DNA from: Eledone cirrhosa
Taxonomy: Eukaryota
Length of the DNA stretch: 64,000 bases
Direction of reading: 5' to 3'
Assembly (NCBI GenBank): GCA_964016885.1
Contig: OZ024744.1
Coordinates: 22,196,001 to 22,260,000, forward strand
In this document: piece after piece, positions 1 through 12,000 of the stretch
How positions within the stretch are numbered: the first letter of the stretch is position 1
Layout of the letters: each line of letters opens with the position of its first letter
Program-made: the position numbers and the translations under genes
Notes under the pieces: model-generated
Seen by the model: the letters and a program-made list of their open reading frames with translations, nothing else
Told to the model about the DNA's origin: nothing
Databases searched by the model: none

Positions 1-3000
1 TGAGATGTTGTCGTGGTGGTCAGTTAGGTTGACATAGAAAACATAGGTGGGATGTTGTCGTGGTGGTCAGTTAGGTTGACATAGATAACATAGGTGGGAT
101 GTTGTCGTGGTGGTCAGTTAGGTTTACATAGCTAACATAGTGTGAGATGTTGTCGTGGTGGTCAGTTAGGGTGACGTAGATAACAGAGTGAGATATTGTC
201 GTGGTCGTCAGTTAGGTTGACATAGATAACATAGGTGGCATGTTGTCGTGGTGGTCAGTTAGGTTTACATAGCTAACATAGTGTGAGATGTTGTCGTGGT
301 GGTCAGTTAGGTTGACATAGATAACATAGGTGGGATGTTGTCGTGGTGGTCAGTTAGGTTGACATAGATAACATAGGTGGGATGTAGTCGTGGTGGTCAG
401 TTAGGTTGACATAGTTAACATAGGTGGGATGTTGTCGTGGTGGTCAGTTAGGTTGACATAGATAACATAGGTGGGATGTTGTCGTGGTGGTCAGTTAGGT
501 TGACATAGATAACATAGAGTCAGATGTTGTCGTGGTGGTCAGTTAGGTTAACATAGATAACATAGAGTGAGATGTTGTCGTGGTGGTCAGTTAGGTTGAC
601 ATAGATAACATAGGTGGGATGGTGTCGTGGACAGTTAGGTTGACATAGATAACATAGAGTGAGATGTTGTCGTGGTGGTCAGTTAGGTTGACATAGATAA
701 CATAGGTGGGATGTTGTCGGGGTGGTCAGTTAGGTTGACATAGATAACATAGAGTGGGATGTTGTCGTGGTGGTCAGTTAGGTTGACATAGATAACATAG
801 GTGGGATGTTGTCGTGGTCAGTTAGGGTGACATAGATAACATAGGTGGGATGTTGTCGTGGTGGTCAGTTAGGTTGACATAGATTACATAGGTGGTATGT
901 TGTCGTGGTCAGTTAGGTTGACATAGATAACATAGAGTGAGATGTTGTCGTGGTGGTCAGTTAGGTTGACATAGATAACATAGGTGGGATGTTGTCGTGG
1001 TGGTCAGTTAGGTTGACATAGATAACATAGGTGGGATGTTGTCGGGGTGGTCAGTTAGGTTGACATAGATAACATAGGTGGGATGGTGTCGTGGACAGTT
1101 AGGTTGACATAGATAACATAGAGTGAGATGCTGTCGTGGTGGTCAGTTAGGTTGACATAGATAACATAGGTGGGATGTTGTCGGGGTGGTCAGTTAGGTT
1201 GACATAGATAACATAGAGTGGGATGTTGTCGTGGTGGTCAGTTAGTTTGACATAGATAACATAGGTGGGATGTTGTCGTGGTCAGTTAGGGTGACATAGA
1301 TAACATAGATGGGATGTTGTCGTGGTGGTCAGTTAGGTTGACATAGATTACATAGGTGGTATGTTGTCGTGGTCAGTTAGGTTGACATAGATAACATAGA
1401 GTGAGATGTTGTCGTGGTGGTCAGTTAGGTTGACATAGATAACATAGGTGGGATGTTGTCGTGGTGGTCAGTTATGTTGACATAGATAACATAGAGTGAG
1501 ATGGTGACGTGGTGGTCAGTTAGGTTGACATAGATAACATATGTGGGATGTTGTCGTGGTCAGTTAGGTTGACATAGATAACATAGGTGGGATGTTGTCG
1601 TGGTGGTCAGTTAGGTTGACATAGATAACATAGGTGGGATGTTGTCGTGGTCAGTTAGGTTGACATATATAACATAGAGTGAGATGTTGTCGTGGTTGTC
1701 AGTAAGGTTGACATAGATAACATAGAGTGAGATGTTGTCGTGGTGGTCAGTTAGGTTGACATAGAAAACATAGGTGGGATGTTGTCGCGGTGGTCTGTTA
1801 GGTTGACATAGATAACATAGATGGGATGTTGTCGTGGTGGTCAGTTAGGTTGACATAGATAACATAGAGTGAGATGTTGTCGTGGTGGTCAGTTAGGTTG
1901 ACATAGATAACATAGAGTGAGATATTGTCGTGGTGGTCAGTTAGGTTGACATAGATAACATAGGTGGCATGTTGTCGTGGTGGTCAGTTAGGTTTACATA
2001 GATAACATAGAGTGATATGTTGTCGTGGTGGTCAGTTAGGTTGACATAGATAACATAGGTGGGATGTTGTCGTGGTGGTCAGTTAGGTTGACATAGATAA
2101 CATATGTGGGATGTAGTCGTGGTGGTCAGTTAGGTTCACATAGTTAACATAGGTGGGATGTTGTCGCGGTGGTCTGTTAGGTTGACATAGATAACATAGA
2201 TGGGATGTTGTCGTGGTGGTCAGTTAGGTTGACATAGATAACATAGAGTGAGATGTTGTCGTGGTGGTCAGTTAGGTTGACATAGATAACATAGAGTGAG
2301 ATATTGTCGTGGTGGTCAGTTAGGTTGACATAGATAACATAGGTGGCATGTTGTCGTGGTGGTCAGTTAGGTTTACATAGATAACATAGAGTGATATGTT
2401 GTCGTGGTGGTCAGTTAGGTTGACATAGATAACATAGGTGGGATGTTGTCGTGGTGGTCAGTTAGGTTGACATAGATAACATAGGTGGGATGTAGTCGTG
2501 GTGGTCAGTTAGGTTGACATAGTTAACATAGGTGGGATGTTGTGGTGGTCAGTTAGGTTGACATAGATAACATAGGTGGGATGTTGTCGTGGTCAGTTAG
2601 GGTGACATAGATAACATAGAGTGAGATGTTGTCATGGTGGTCAGTTAGGTTGACATAGATAACATAGGTGGGATGTTGTCGTGGTGGTCAGGTAGGTTGA
2701 CATAGATAACATAGGTGGGATGTTGTCGTGGTGGTCAGTTAGGTTGACATAGATAACATAGAGTGAGATGTTGTCGTGGTGGTCAGTTAGGTTGACATAG
2801 ATAACATAGGTGGGATGTTGTCGTGGTGGTCAGTTAGGTTGACATAGATAACATAGGTGGGATGTTGTCGTGGTGGTCAGTTAGGTTGACATAGATAACA
2901 TAGAGTCAGATGTTGTCGTGGTGGTCAGTTAGGTTGACATAGATAACATAGAGTTAGATGTTGTCATGGTGGTCAGTTAGGTTGACATAGATAACATAGG

Positions 3001-6000
3001 TGGGATGTTGTCGTGGTGGTCAGTTAGGTTGACATAGATAACATAGAGTGAGATGTTGTCGTGGTGGTCAGTTAGGTTGACATAGATAACATAGGTGGGA
3101 TGTTGTCGTGGTGGTCAGTTAGGTTGACATAGATAACATAGGTGGGATGTTGTCGTGGTGGTCAGTTAGGTTGACATAGATAACATAGAGTCAGATGTTG
3201 TCGTGGTGGTCAGTTAGGTTGACATAGATAACATAGAGTGAGATGTTGTCGTGATGGTCAGTTAGGTTGACATAGATAACATAGGTGGGATGTTGTCGTG
3301 GTCAGTTAGGTTGATATAGATAACATTGGTGGGATGTTGTCGTGGTCAGTTAGGTTGACATAGATAACATAGGTGGGATGTTGTCGTGGTGGTCAGTTCG
3401 GTTGACATAGATAACATAGGTGGGATGTTGTCGTGGTGGTCACTTAGGTTGACATAGATAACATAGAGTCAGATGTTGTCGTGGTGGTCAGTTAGGTTGA
3501 CATAGATAACATAGAGTGAGGTGTTGTCGTGGTGGTCAGTTAGGTTGACATAGATAACATAGGTGGGATGTTGTCGTGGTGGTCAGTTAGGTTGACATAG
3601 ATAACATAGAGTGGGATGTTGTCGTGGTGGTCAGTTAGGTTGACATAGATAACATAGGTGGGATGTTGTCGTGGTGGTCAGTTAGGTTGACATAGATAAC
3701 ATAAAGTGAGATGTTGTCTTGGTGGTCAGTTAGGTTGACATAGATAACATAGGTGGGATGTTGTCGTGGTCACTTAGTTTGACATAGATAACATAGAGTG
3801 AGATGTTGTCGTGGTGGTCAGTTAGGTTGACATAGCTAACATAGGTGGGATGTTGTCGGGGTGGTCAGTTAGGTTGACATAGATAACATAGAGTGAGATG
3901 GTGTCGTGGTGGTCAGTTAGGTTGACATAGATAACATAGGTGAGATGTTGTCGTGGTGGTCAGTTAGGTTGACATAGATAATATAGAGTGAGATGTTGTC
4001 GTGGTGGTCAGTTAGGTTGACATAGATAACATAGGTGGGACGTTGTCGTGGTCAGTTAGGTTGACATAGATAACATAGGTGGTATGTTGTCGTGGTCAGT
4101 TAGGTTGACATAGATAACATAGAGTGAGATGTTGTCGTGGTGGTCAGTTAGGTTGACATAGATAACATAGGTGGGATGTTGTCGTGGTGGTCAGTTAGGT
4201 TGACATAGATAACATAGGTGGGATGTTGTCGGGGTGGTCAGTTAGGTTGACATAGATAACATAGGTGGGATGGTGTCGTGGACAGTTAGGTTGACATAGA
4301 TAACATAGAGTGAGATGCTGTCGTGGTGGTCAGTTAGGTTGACATAGATAACATAGGTGGGATGTTGTCGGGGTGGTCAGTTAGGTTGACATAGATAACA
4401 TAGAGTGGGATGTTGTCGTGGTGGTCAGTTAGGTTGACATAGATAACATAGGTGGGATGTTGTCGTGGTCAGTTAGGGTGACATAGATAACATAGGTGGG
4501 ATGTTGTCGTGGTGGTCAGTTAGGTTGACATAGATTACATAGGTGGTATGTTGTCGTGGTCAGTTAGGTTGACATAGATAACATAGAGTGAGATGTTGTC
4601 GTGGTGGTCAGTTAGGTTGACATAGATAACATAGGTGGGATGTTGTCGTGGTGGTCAGTTATGTTGACATAGATAACATAGAGTGAGATGGTGACGTGGA
4701 GGTCAGTTAGGTTGACATAGATAACATATGTGGGATGTTGTCGTGGTCAGTTAGGTTGACATAGATAACATAGGTGGGATGTTGTCGTGGTGGTCAGTTA
4801 GGTTGACATAGATAACATAGGTGGGATGTTGTCGTGGTCAGTTAGGTTGACATATATAACATAGAGTGCGATGTTGTCGTGGTTGTCAGTAAGGTTGACA
4901 TAGATAACATAGAGTGAGATGTTGTCGTGGTGGTCAGTTAGGTTGACATAGAAAACATAGGTGGGATGTTGTCGCGGTGGTCTGTTAGGTTGACATAGAT
5001 AACATAGATGGGATGTTGTCGTGGTGGTCAGTTAGGTTGACATAGATAACATAGGTGGCATGTTGTCGTGGTGGTCAGTTAGGTTGACATAGATAACATA
5101 GGTGGGATGGTGTCGTGGTGGTCAGTTAGGTTGACATAGATAACATAGAGTGAGATGTTGTCGTGGTGGTCAGTGAGGTTGACATAGATAACATAGAGTG
5201 GGATATTGTCGTGGTGGTCAGTTAGGTTTACATAGATAACATAGAGTGATATGTTGTCGTGGTGGTCAGTTAGGTTGACATAGATAACATAGGTGGGATG
5301 TTGTCGTGGTGGTCAGTTAGGTTGACATAGATAACATAGGTGGGATGTTGTCGGGGTGGTCAGTTAGGTTGACATAGATAACATAGGTGGGATGGTGTCG
5401 TGGAAAGTTAGGTTGACATAGATAACATAGAGTGAGATGCTGTCGTGGTGGTCAGTTAGGTTGACATAGATAACATAGGTGGGATGTTGTCGGGGTGGTC
5501 AGTTAGGTTGACATAGATAACATAGAGTGGGATGTTGTCGTGGTGGTCAGTTAGTTTGACATAGATAACATAGGTGGGATGTTGTCGTGGTCAGTTAGGG
5601 TGACATAGATAACATAGATGGGATGTTGTCGTGGTGGTCAGTTAGGTTGACATAGATTACATAGGTGGTATGTTGTCGTGGTCAGTTAGGTTGACATAGA
5701 TAACATAGAGTGAGATGTTGTCGTGGTGGTCAGTTAGGTTGACATAGATAACATAGGTGGGATGTTGTCGTGGTGGTCAGTTATGTTGACATAGATAACA
5801 TAGAGTGAGATGGTGACGTGGTGGTCAGTTAGGTTGACATAGATAACATATGTGGGATGTTGTCGTGGTCAGTTAGGTTGACATAGATAACATAGGTGGG
5901 ATGTTGTCGTGGTGGTCAGTTAGGTTGACATAGATAACATAGGTGGGATGTTGTCGTGGTCAGTTAGGTTGACATATATAACATAGAGTGAGATGTTGTC

Positions 6001-9000
6001 GTGGTTGTCAGTAAGGTTGACAGAGATAACATAGAGTGAGATGTTGTCGTGGTGGTCAGTTAGGTTGACATAGAAAACATAGGTGGGATGTTGTCGCGGT
6101 GGTCTGTTAGGTTGACATAGATAACATAGATGGGATGTTGTCGTGGTGGTCAGTTAGGTTGACATAGATAACATAGAGTGAGATGTTGTCGTGGTGGTCA
6201 GTTAGGTTGACATAGATAACATAGAGTGAGATATTGTCGTGGTGGTCAGTTAGGTTGACATAGATAACATAGGTGGCATGTTGTCGTGGTGGTCAGTTAG
6301 GTTTACATAGATAACATAGAGTGATATGTTGTCGTGGTGGTCAGTTAGGTTGACATAGATAACATAGGTGGGATGTTGTCGTGGTGGTCAGTTAGGTTGA
6401 CATAGATAACATATGTGGGATGTAGTCGTGGTGGTCAGTTAGGTTCACATAGTTAACATAGGTGGGATGTTGTCGCGGTGGTCTGTTAGGTTGACATAGA
6501 TAACATAGATGGGATGTTGTCGTGGTGGTCAGTTAGGTTGACATAGATAACATAGAGTGAGATGTTGTCGTGGTGGTCAGTTAGGTTGACATAGATAACA
6601 TAGAGTGAGATATTGTCGTGGTGGTCAGTTAGGTTGACATAGATAACATAGGTGGCATGTTGTCGTGGTGGTCAGTTAGGTTTACATAGATAACATAGAG
6701 TGATATGTTGTCGTGGTGGTCAGTTAGGTTGACATAGATAACATAGGTGGGATGTTGTCGTGGTGGTCAGTTAGGTTGACATAGATAACATAGGTGGGAT
6801 GTAGTCGTGGTGGTCAGTTAGGTTGACATAGTTAACATAGGTGGGATGTTGTGGTGGTCAGTTAGGTTGACATAGATAACATAGGTGGGATGTTGTCGTG
6901 GTCAGTTAGGGTGACATAGATAACATAGAGTGAGATGTTGTCATGGTGGTCAGTTAGGTTGACATAGATAACATAGGTGGGATGTTGTCGTGGTGGTCAG
7001 GTAGGTTGACATAGATAACATAGGTGGGATGTTGTCGTGGTGGTCAGTTAGGTTGACATAGATAACATAGAGTGAGATGTTGTCGTGGTGGTCAGTTAGG
7101 TTGACATAGATAACATAGGTGGGATGTTGTCGTGGTGGTCAGTTAGGTTGACATAGATAACATAGGTGGGATGTTGTCGTGGTGGTCAGTTAGGTTGACA
7201 TAGATAACATAGAGTCAGATGTTGTCGTGGTGGTCAGTTAGGTTGACATAGATAACATAGAGTTAGATGTTGTCATGGTGGTCAGTTAGGTTGACATAGA
7301 TAACATAGGTGGGATGTTGTCGTGGTGGTCAGTTAGGTTGACATAGATAACATAGAGTGAGATGTTGTCGTGGTGGTCAGTTAGGTTGACATAGATAACA
7401 TAGGTGGGATGTTGTCGTGGTGGTCAGTTAGGTTGACATAGATAACATAGGTGGGATGTTGTCGTGGTGGTCAGTTAGGTTGACATAGATAACATAGAGT
7501 CAGATGTTGTCGTGGTGGTCAGTTAGGTTGACATAGATAACATAGAGTGAGGTGTTGTCGTGGTGGTCAGTTAGGTTGACATAGATAACATAGGTGGGAT
7601 GTTGTCGTGGTGGTCAGTTAGGTTGACATAGATAACATAGAGTGGGATGTTGTCGTGGTGGTCAGTTAGGTTGACATAGATAACATAGGTGGGATGTTGT
7701 CGTGGTGGTCAGTTAGGTTGACATAGATAACATAAAGTGAGATGTTGTCTTGGTGGTCAGTTAGGTTGACATAGATAACATAGGTGGGATGTTGTCGTGG
7801 TCACTTAGTTTGACATAGATAACATAGAGTGAGATGTTGTCGTGGTGGTCAGTTAGGTTGACATAGCTAACATAGGTGGGATGTTGTCGGGGTGGTCAGT
7901 TAGGTTGACATAGATAACATAGAGTGAGATGGTGTCGTGGTGGTCAGTTAGGTTGACATAGATAACATAGGTGAGATGTTGTCGTGGTGGTCAGTTAGGT
8001 TGACATAGATAATATAGAGTGAGATGTTGTCGTGGTGGTCAGTTAGGTTGACATAGATAACATAGGTGGGACGTTGTCGTGGTCAGTTAGGTTGACATAG
8101 ATAACATAGGTGGTATGTTGTCGTGGTCAGTTAGGTTGACATAGATAACATAGAGTGAGATGTTGTCGTGGTGGTCAGTTAGGTTGACATAGATAACATA
8201 GGTGGGATGTTGTCGTGGTGGTCAGTTAGGTTGACATAGATAACATAGGTGGGATGTTGTCGGGGTGGTCAGTTAGGTTGACATAGATAACATAGGTGGG
8301 ATGGTGTCGTGGACAGTTAGGTTGACATAGATAACATAGAGTGAGATGCTGTCGTGGTGGTCAGTTAGGTTGACATAGATAACATAGGTGGGATGTTGTC
8401 GGGGTGGTCAGTTAGGTTGACATAGATAACATAGAGTGGGATGTTGTCGTGGTGGTCAGTTAGGTTGACATAGATAACATAGGTGGGATGTTGTCGTGGT
8501 CAGTTAGGGTGACATAGATAACATAGGTGGGATGTTGTCGTGGTGGTCAGTTAGGTTGACATAGATTACATAGGTGGTATGTTGTCGTGGTCAGTTAGGT
8601 TGACATAGATAACATAGAGTGAGATGTTGTCGTGGTGGTCAGTTAGGTTGACATAGATAACATAGGTGGGATGTTGTCGTGGTGGTCAGTTATGTTGACA
8701 TAGATAACATAGAGTGAGATGGTGACGTGGAGGTCAGTTAGGTTGACATAGATAACATATGTGGGATGTTGTCGTGGTCAGTTAGGTTGACATAGATAAC
8801 ATAGGTGGGATGTTGTCGTGGTGGTCAGTTAGGTTGACATAGATAACATAGGTGGGATGTTGTCGTGGTCAGTTAGGTTGACATATATAACATAGAGTGC
8901 GATGTTGTCGTGGTTGTCAGTAAGGTTGACATAGATAACATAGAGTGAGATGTTGTCGTGGTGGTCAGTTAGGTTGACATAGAAAACATAGGTGGGATGT

Positions 9001-12000
9001 TGTCGCGGTGGTCTGTTAGGTTGACATAGATAACATAGATGGGATGTTGTCGTGGTGGTCAGTTAGGTTGACATAGATAACATAGGTGGCATGTTGTCGT
9101 GGTGGTCAGTTAGGTTGACATAGATAACATAGGTGGGATGGTGTCGTGGTGGTCAGTTAGGTTGACATAGATAACATAGAGTGAGATGTTGTCGTGGTGG
9201 TCAGTGAGGTTGACATAGATAACATAGAGTGGGATATTGTCGTGGTGGTCAGTTAGGTTTACAAAGATAACATAGAGTGATATGTTGTCGTGGTGGTCAG
9301 TTAGGTTGACATAGATAACATAGGTGGGATGTTGTCGTGGTGGTCAGTTAGGTTGACATAGATAACATAGGTGGGATGTAGTCGTGGTGGTCAGTTAGGT
9401 TGACATAGTTAACATAGGTGGGATGTTGTCGTGGTGGTCAGTTAGGTTGACATAGATAACATAGGTGGGATGTTGTCGTGGTCAGTTAGGGTGACATAGA
9501 TAACATAGGTGGGATGTTGTCGTGGTGGTCAGTTAGGTTGACATAGATAACATAGGTGGTATGTTGTCGTGGTCAGTTAGGTTGACATAGATAACATAGA
9601 GTGAGATGTTGTCGTGGTGGTCAGTTAGGTTGACATAGATAACATAGGTGGGATGTTGTCGTGGTGGTCAGTTAGGTTGACATAGATAACATAGAGTGAG
9701 ATGGTGACGTGGTGGTCAGTTAGGTTGACATAGTTAACATAGGTGAGATGTTGTCGTGGTGGTCAGTTAGGTTGACATAGATAACATAGAATGAGATGCT
9801 GTCGTGGTGGTCAGTTAGGTTGACATAGATAACATAGGTGGGATGTTGTCGTGGTCAGTTAGGTTGACATAGATAACATAGGTGGGATGTTGTTGTGGTG
9901 GTCTGTTAGGTTGACATAGATAACATAGGTGGGATGTTGTCGTGGTCAGTTAGGTTGACATATATAACATAGAGTGAGATGTTGTCGTGGTTGTCAGTTA
10001 GGTTGACATAGATAACATAGAGTGAGATGTTGTCGTGGTGGTCAGTTAGGTTGACATAGAAAACATAGGTGGGATGTTGTCGTGGTGGTCAGTTAGGTTG
10101 ACATAGATAACATAGGTGGGATGTTGTCGTGGTGGTCAGTTAGGTTTACATAGCTAACATAGTGTGAGATGTTGTCGTGGTGGTCAGTTAGGGTGACGTA
10201 GATAACAGAGTGAGATATTGTCGTGGTCGTCAGTTAGGTTGACATAGATAACATAGGTGGCATGTTGTCGTGGTGGTCAGTTAGGTTTACATAGCTAACA
10301 TAGTGTGAGATGTTGTCGTGGTGGTCAGTTAGGTTGACATAGATAACATAGGTGGGATGTTGTCGTGGTGGTCAGTTAGGTTGACATAGATAACATAGGT
10401 GGGATGTAGTCGTGGTGGTCAGTTAGGTTGACATAGTTAACATAGGTGGGATGTTGTCGTGGTGGTCAGTTAGGTTGACATAGATAACATAGGTGGGATG
10501 TTGTCGTGGTGGTCAGTTAGGTTGACATAGATAACATAGAGTCAGATGTTGTCGTGGTGGTCAGTTAGGTTAACATAGATAACATAGAGTGAGATGTTGT
10601 CGTGGTGGTCAGTTAGGTTGACATAGATAACATAGGTGGGATGGTGTCGTGGACAGTTAGGTTGACATAGATAACATAGAGTGAGATGTTGTCGTGGTGG
10701 TCAGTTAGGTTGACATAGATAACATAGGTGGGATGTTGTCGGGGTGGTCAGTTAGGTTGACATAGATAACATAGAGTGGGATGTTGTCGTGGTGGTCAGT
10801 TAGGTTGACATAGATAACATAGGTGGGATGTTGTCGTGGTCAGTTAGGGTGACATAGATAACATAGGTGGGATGTTGTCGTGGTGGTCAGTTAGGTTGAC
10901 ATAGATTACATAGGTGGTATGTTGTCGTGGTCAGTTAGGTTGACATAGATAACATAGAGTGAGATGTTGTCGTGGTGGTCAGTTAGGTTGACATAGATAA
11001 CATAGGTGGGATGTTGTCGTGGTGGTCAGTTATGTTGACATAGATAACATAGAGTGAGATGGTGACGTGGTGGTCAGATAGGTTGACATAGTTAACATAG
11101 GTGAGATGTTGTCGTGGTGGTCAGTTAGGTTGACATAGATAACATAGAGTGAGATGTTGTCGTGGTGGTCAGTTAGGTTGACATAGATAACATAGGTGGG
11201 ATGTTGTCGTGGTCAGTTAGGGTGACATAGATAACATAGGTGGGATGTTGTCGTGGTGGTCAGTTAGGTTGACATAGATTACATAGGTGGTATGTTGTCG
11301 TGGTCAGTTAGGTTGACATAGATAACATAGAGTGAGATGTTGTCGTGGTGGTCAGTTAGGTTGACATAGATAACATAGGTGGGATGTTGTCGTGGTGGTC
11401 AGTTATGTTGACATAGATAACATAGAGTGAGATGGTGACGTGGTGGTCAGTTAGGTTGACATAGATAACATATGTGGGATGTTGTCGTGGTCAGTTAGGT
11501 TGACATAGATAACATAGGTGGGATGTTGTCGTGGTGGTCAGTTAGGTTGACATAGATAACATAGGTGGGATGTTGTCGTGGTCAGTTAGGTTGACATATA
11601 TAACATAGAGTGAGATGTTGTCGTGGTTGTCAGTAAGGTTGACATAGATAACATAGAGTGAGATGTTGTCGTGGTGGTCAGTTAGGTTGACATAGAAAAC
11701 ATAGGTGGGATGTTGTCGTGGTGGTCTGTTAGGTTGACATAGATAACATAGATGGGATGTTGTCGTGGTGGTCAGTTAGGTTGACATAGATAACATAGAG
11801 TGAGATGTTGTCATGGTGGTCAGTTAGGTTGACATAGATAACATAGAGTGAGATATTGTCGTGGTGGTCAGTTAGGTTGACATAGATAACATAGGTGGCA
11901 TGTTGTCGTGGTGGTCAGTTAGGTTTACATAGATAACATAGAGTGATATGTTGTCGTGGTGGTCAGTTAGGTTGACATAGATAACATAGGTGGGATGTTG

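Noticed and set aside
76-81. TTGACA, a perfect sigma70 -35 box, in nearly every monomer
   Set aside because: There is no TATAAT-like -10 element 16-18 bp downstream (the sequence there is GATGTTG), no downstream gene, and the context looks like eukaryotic satellite.
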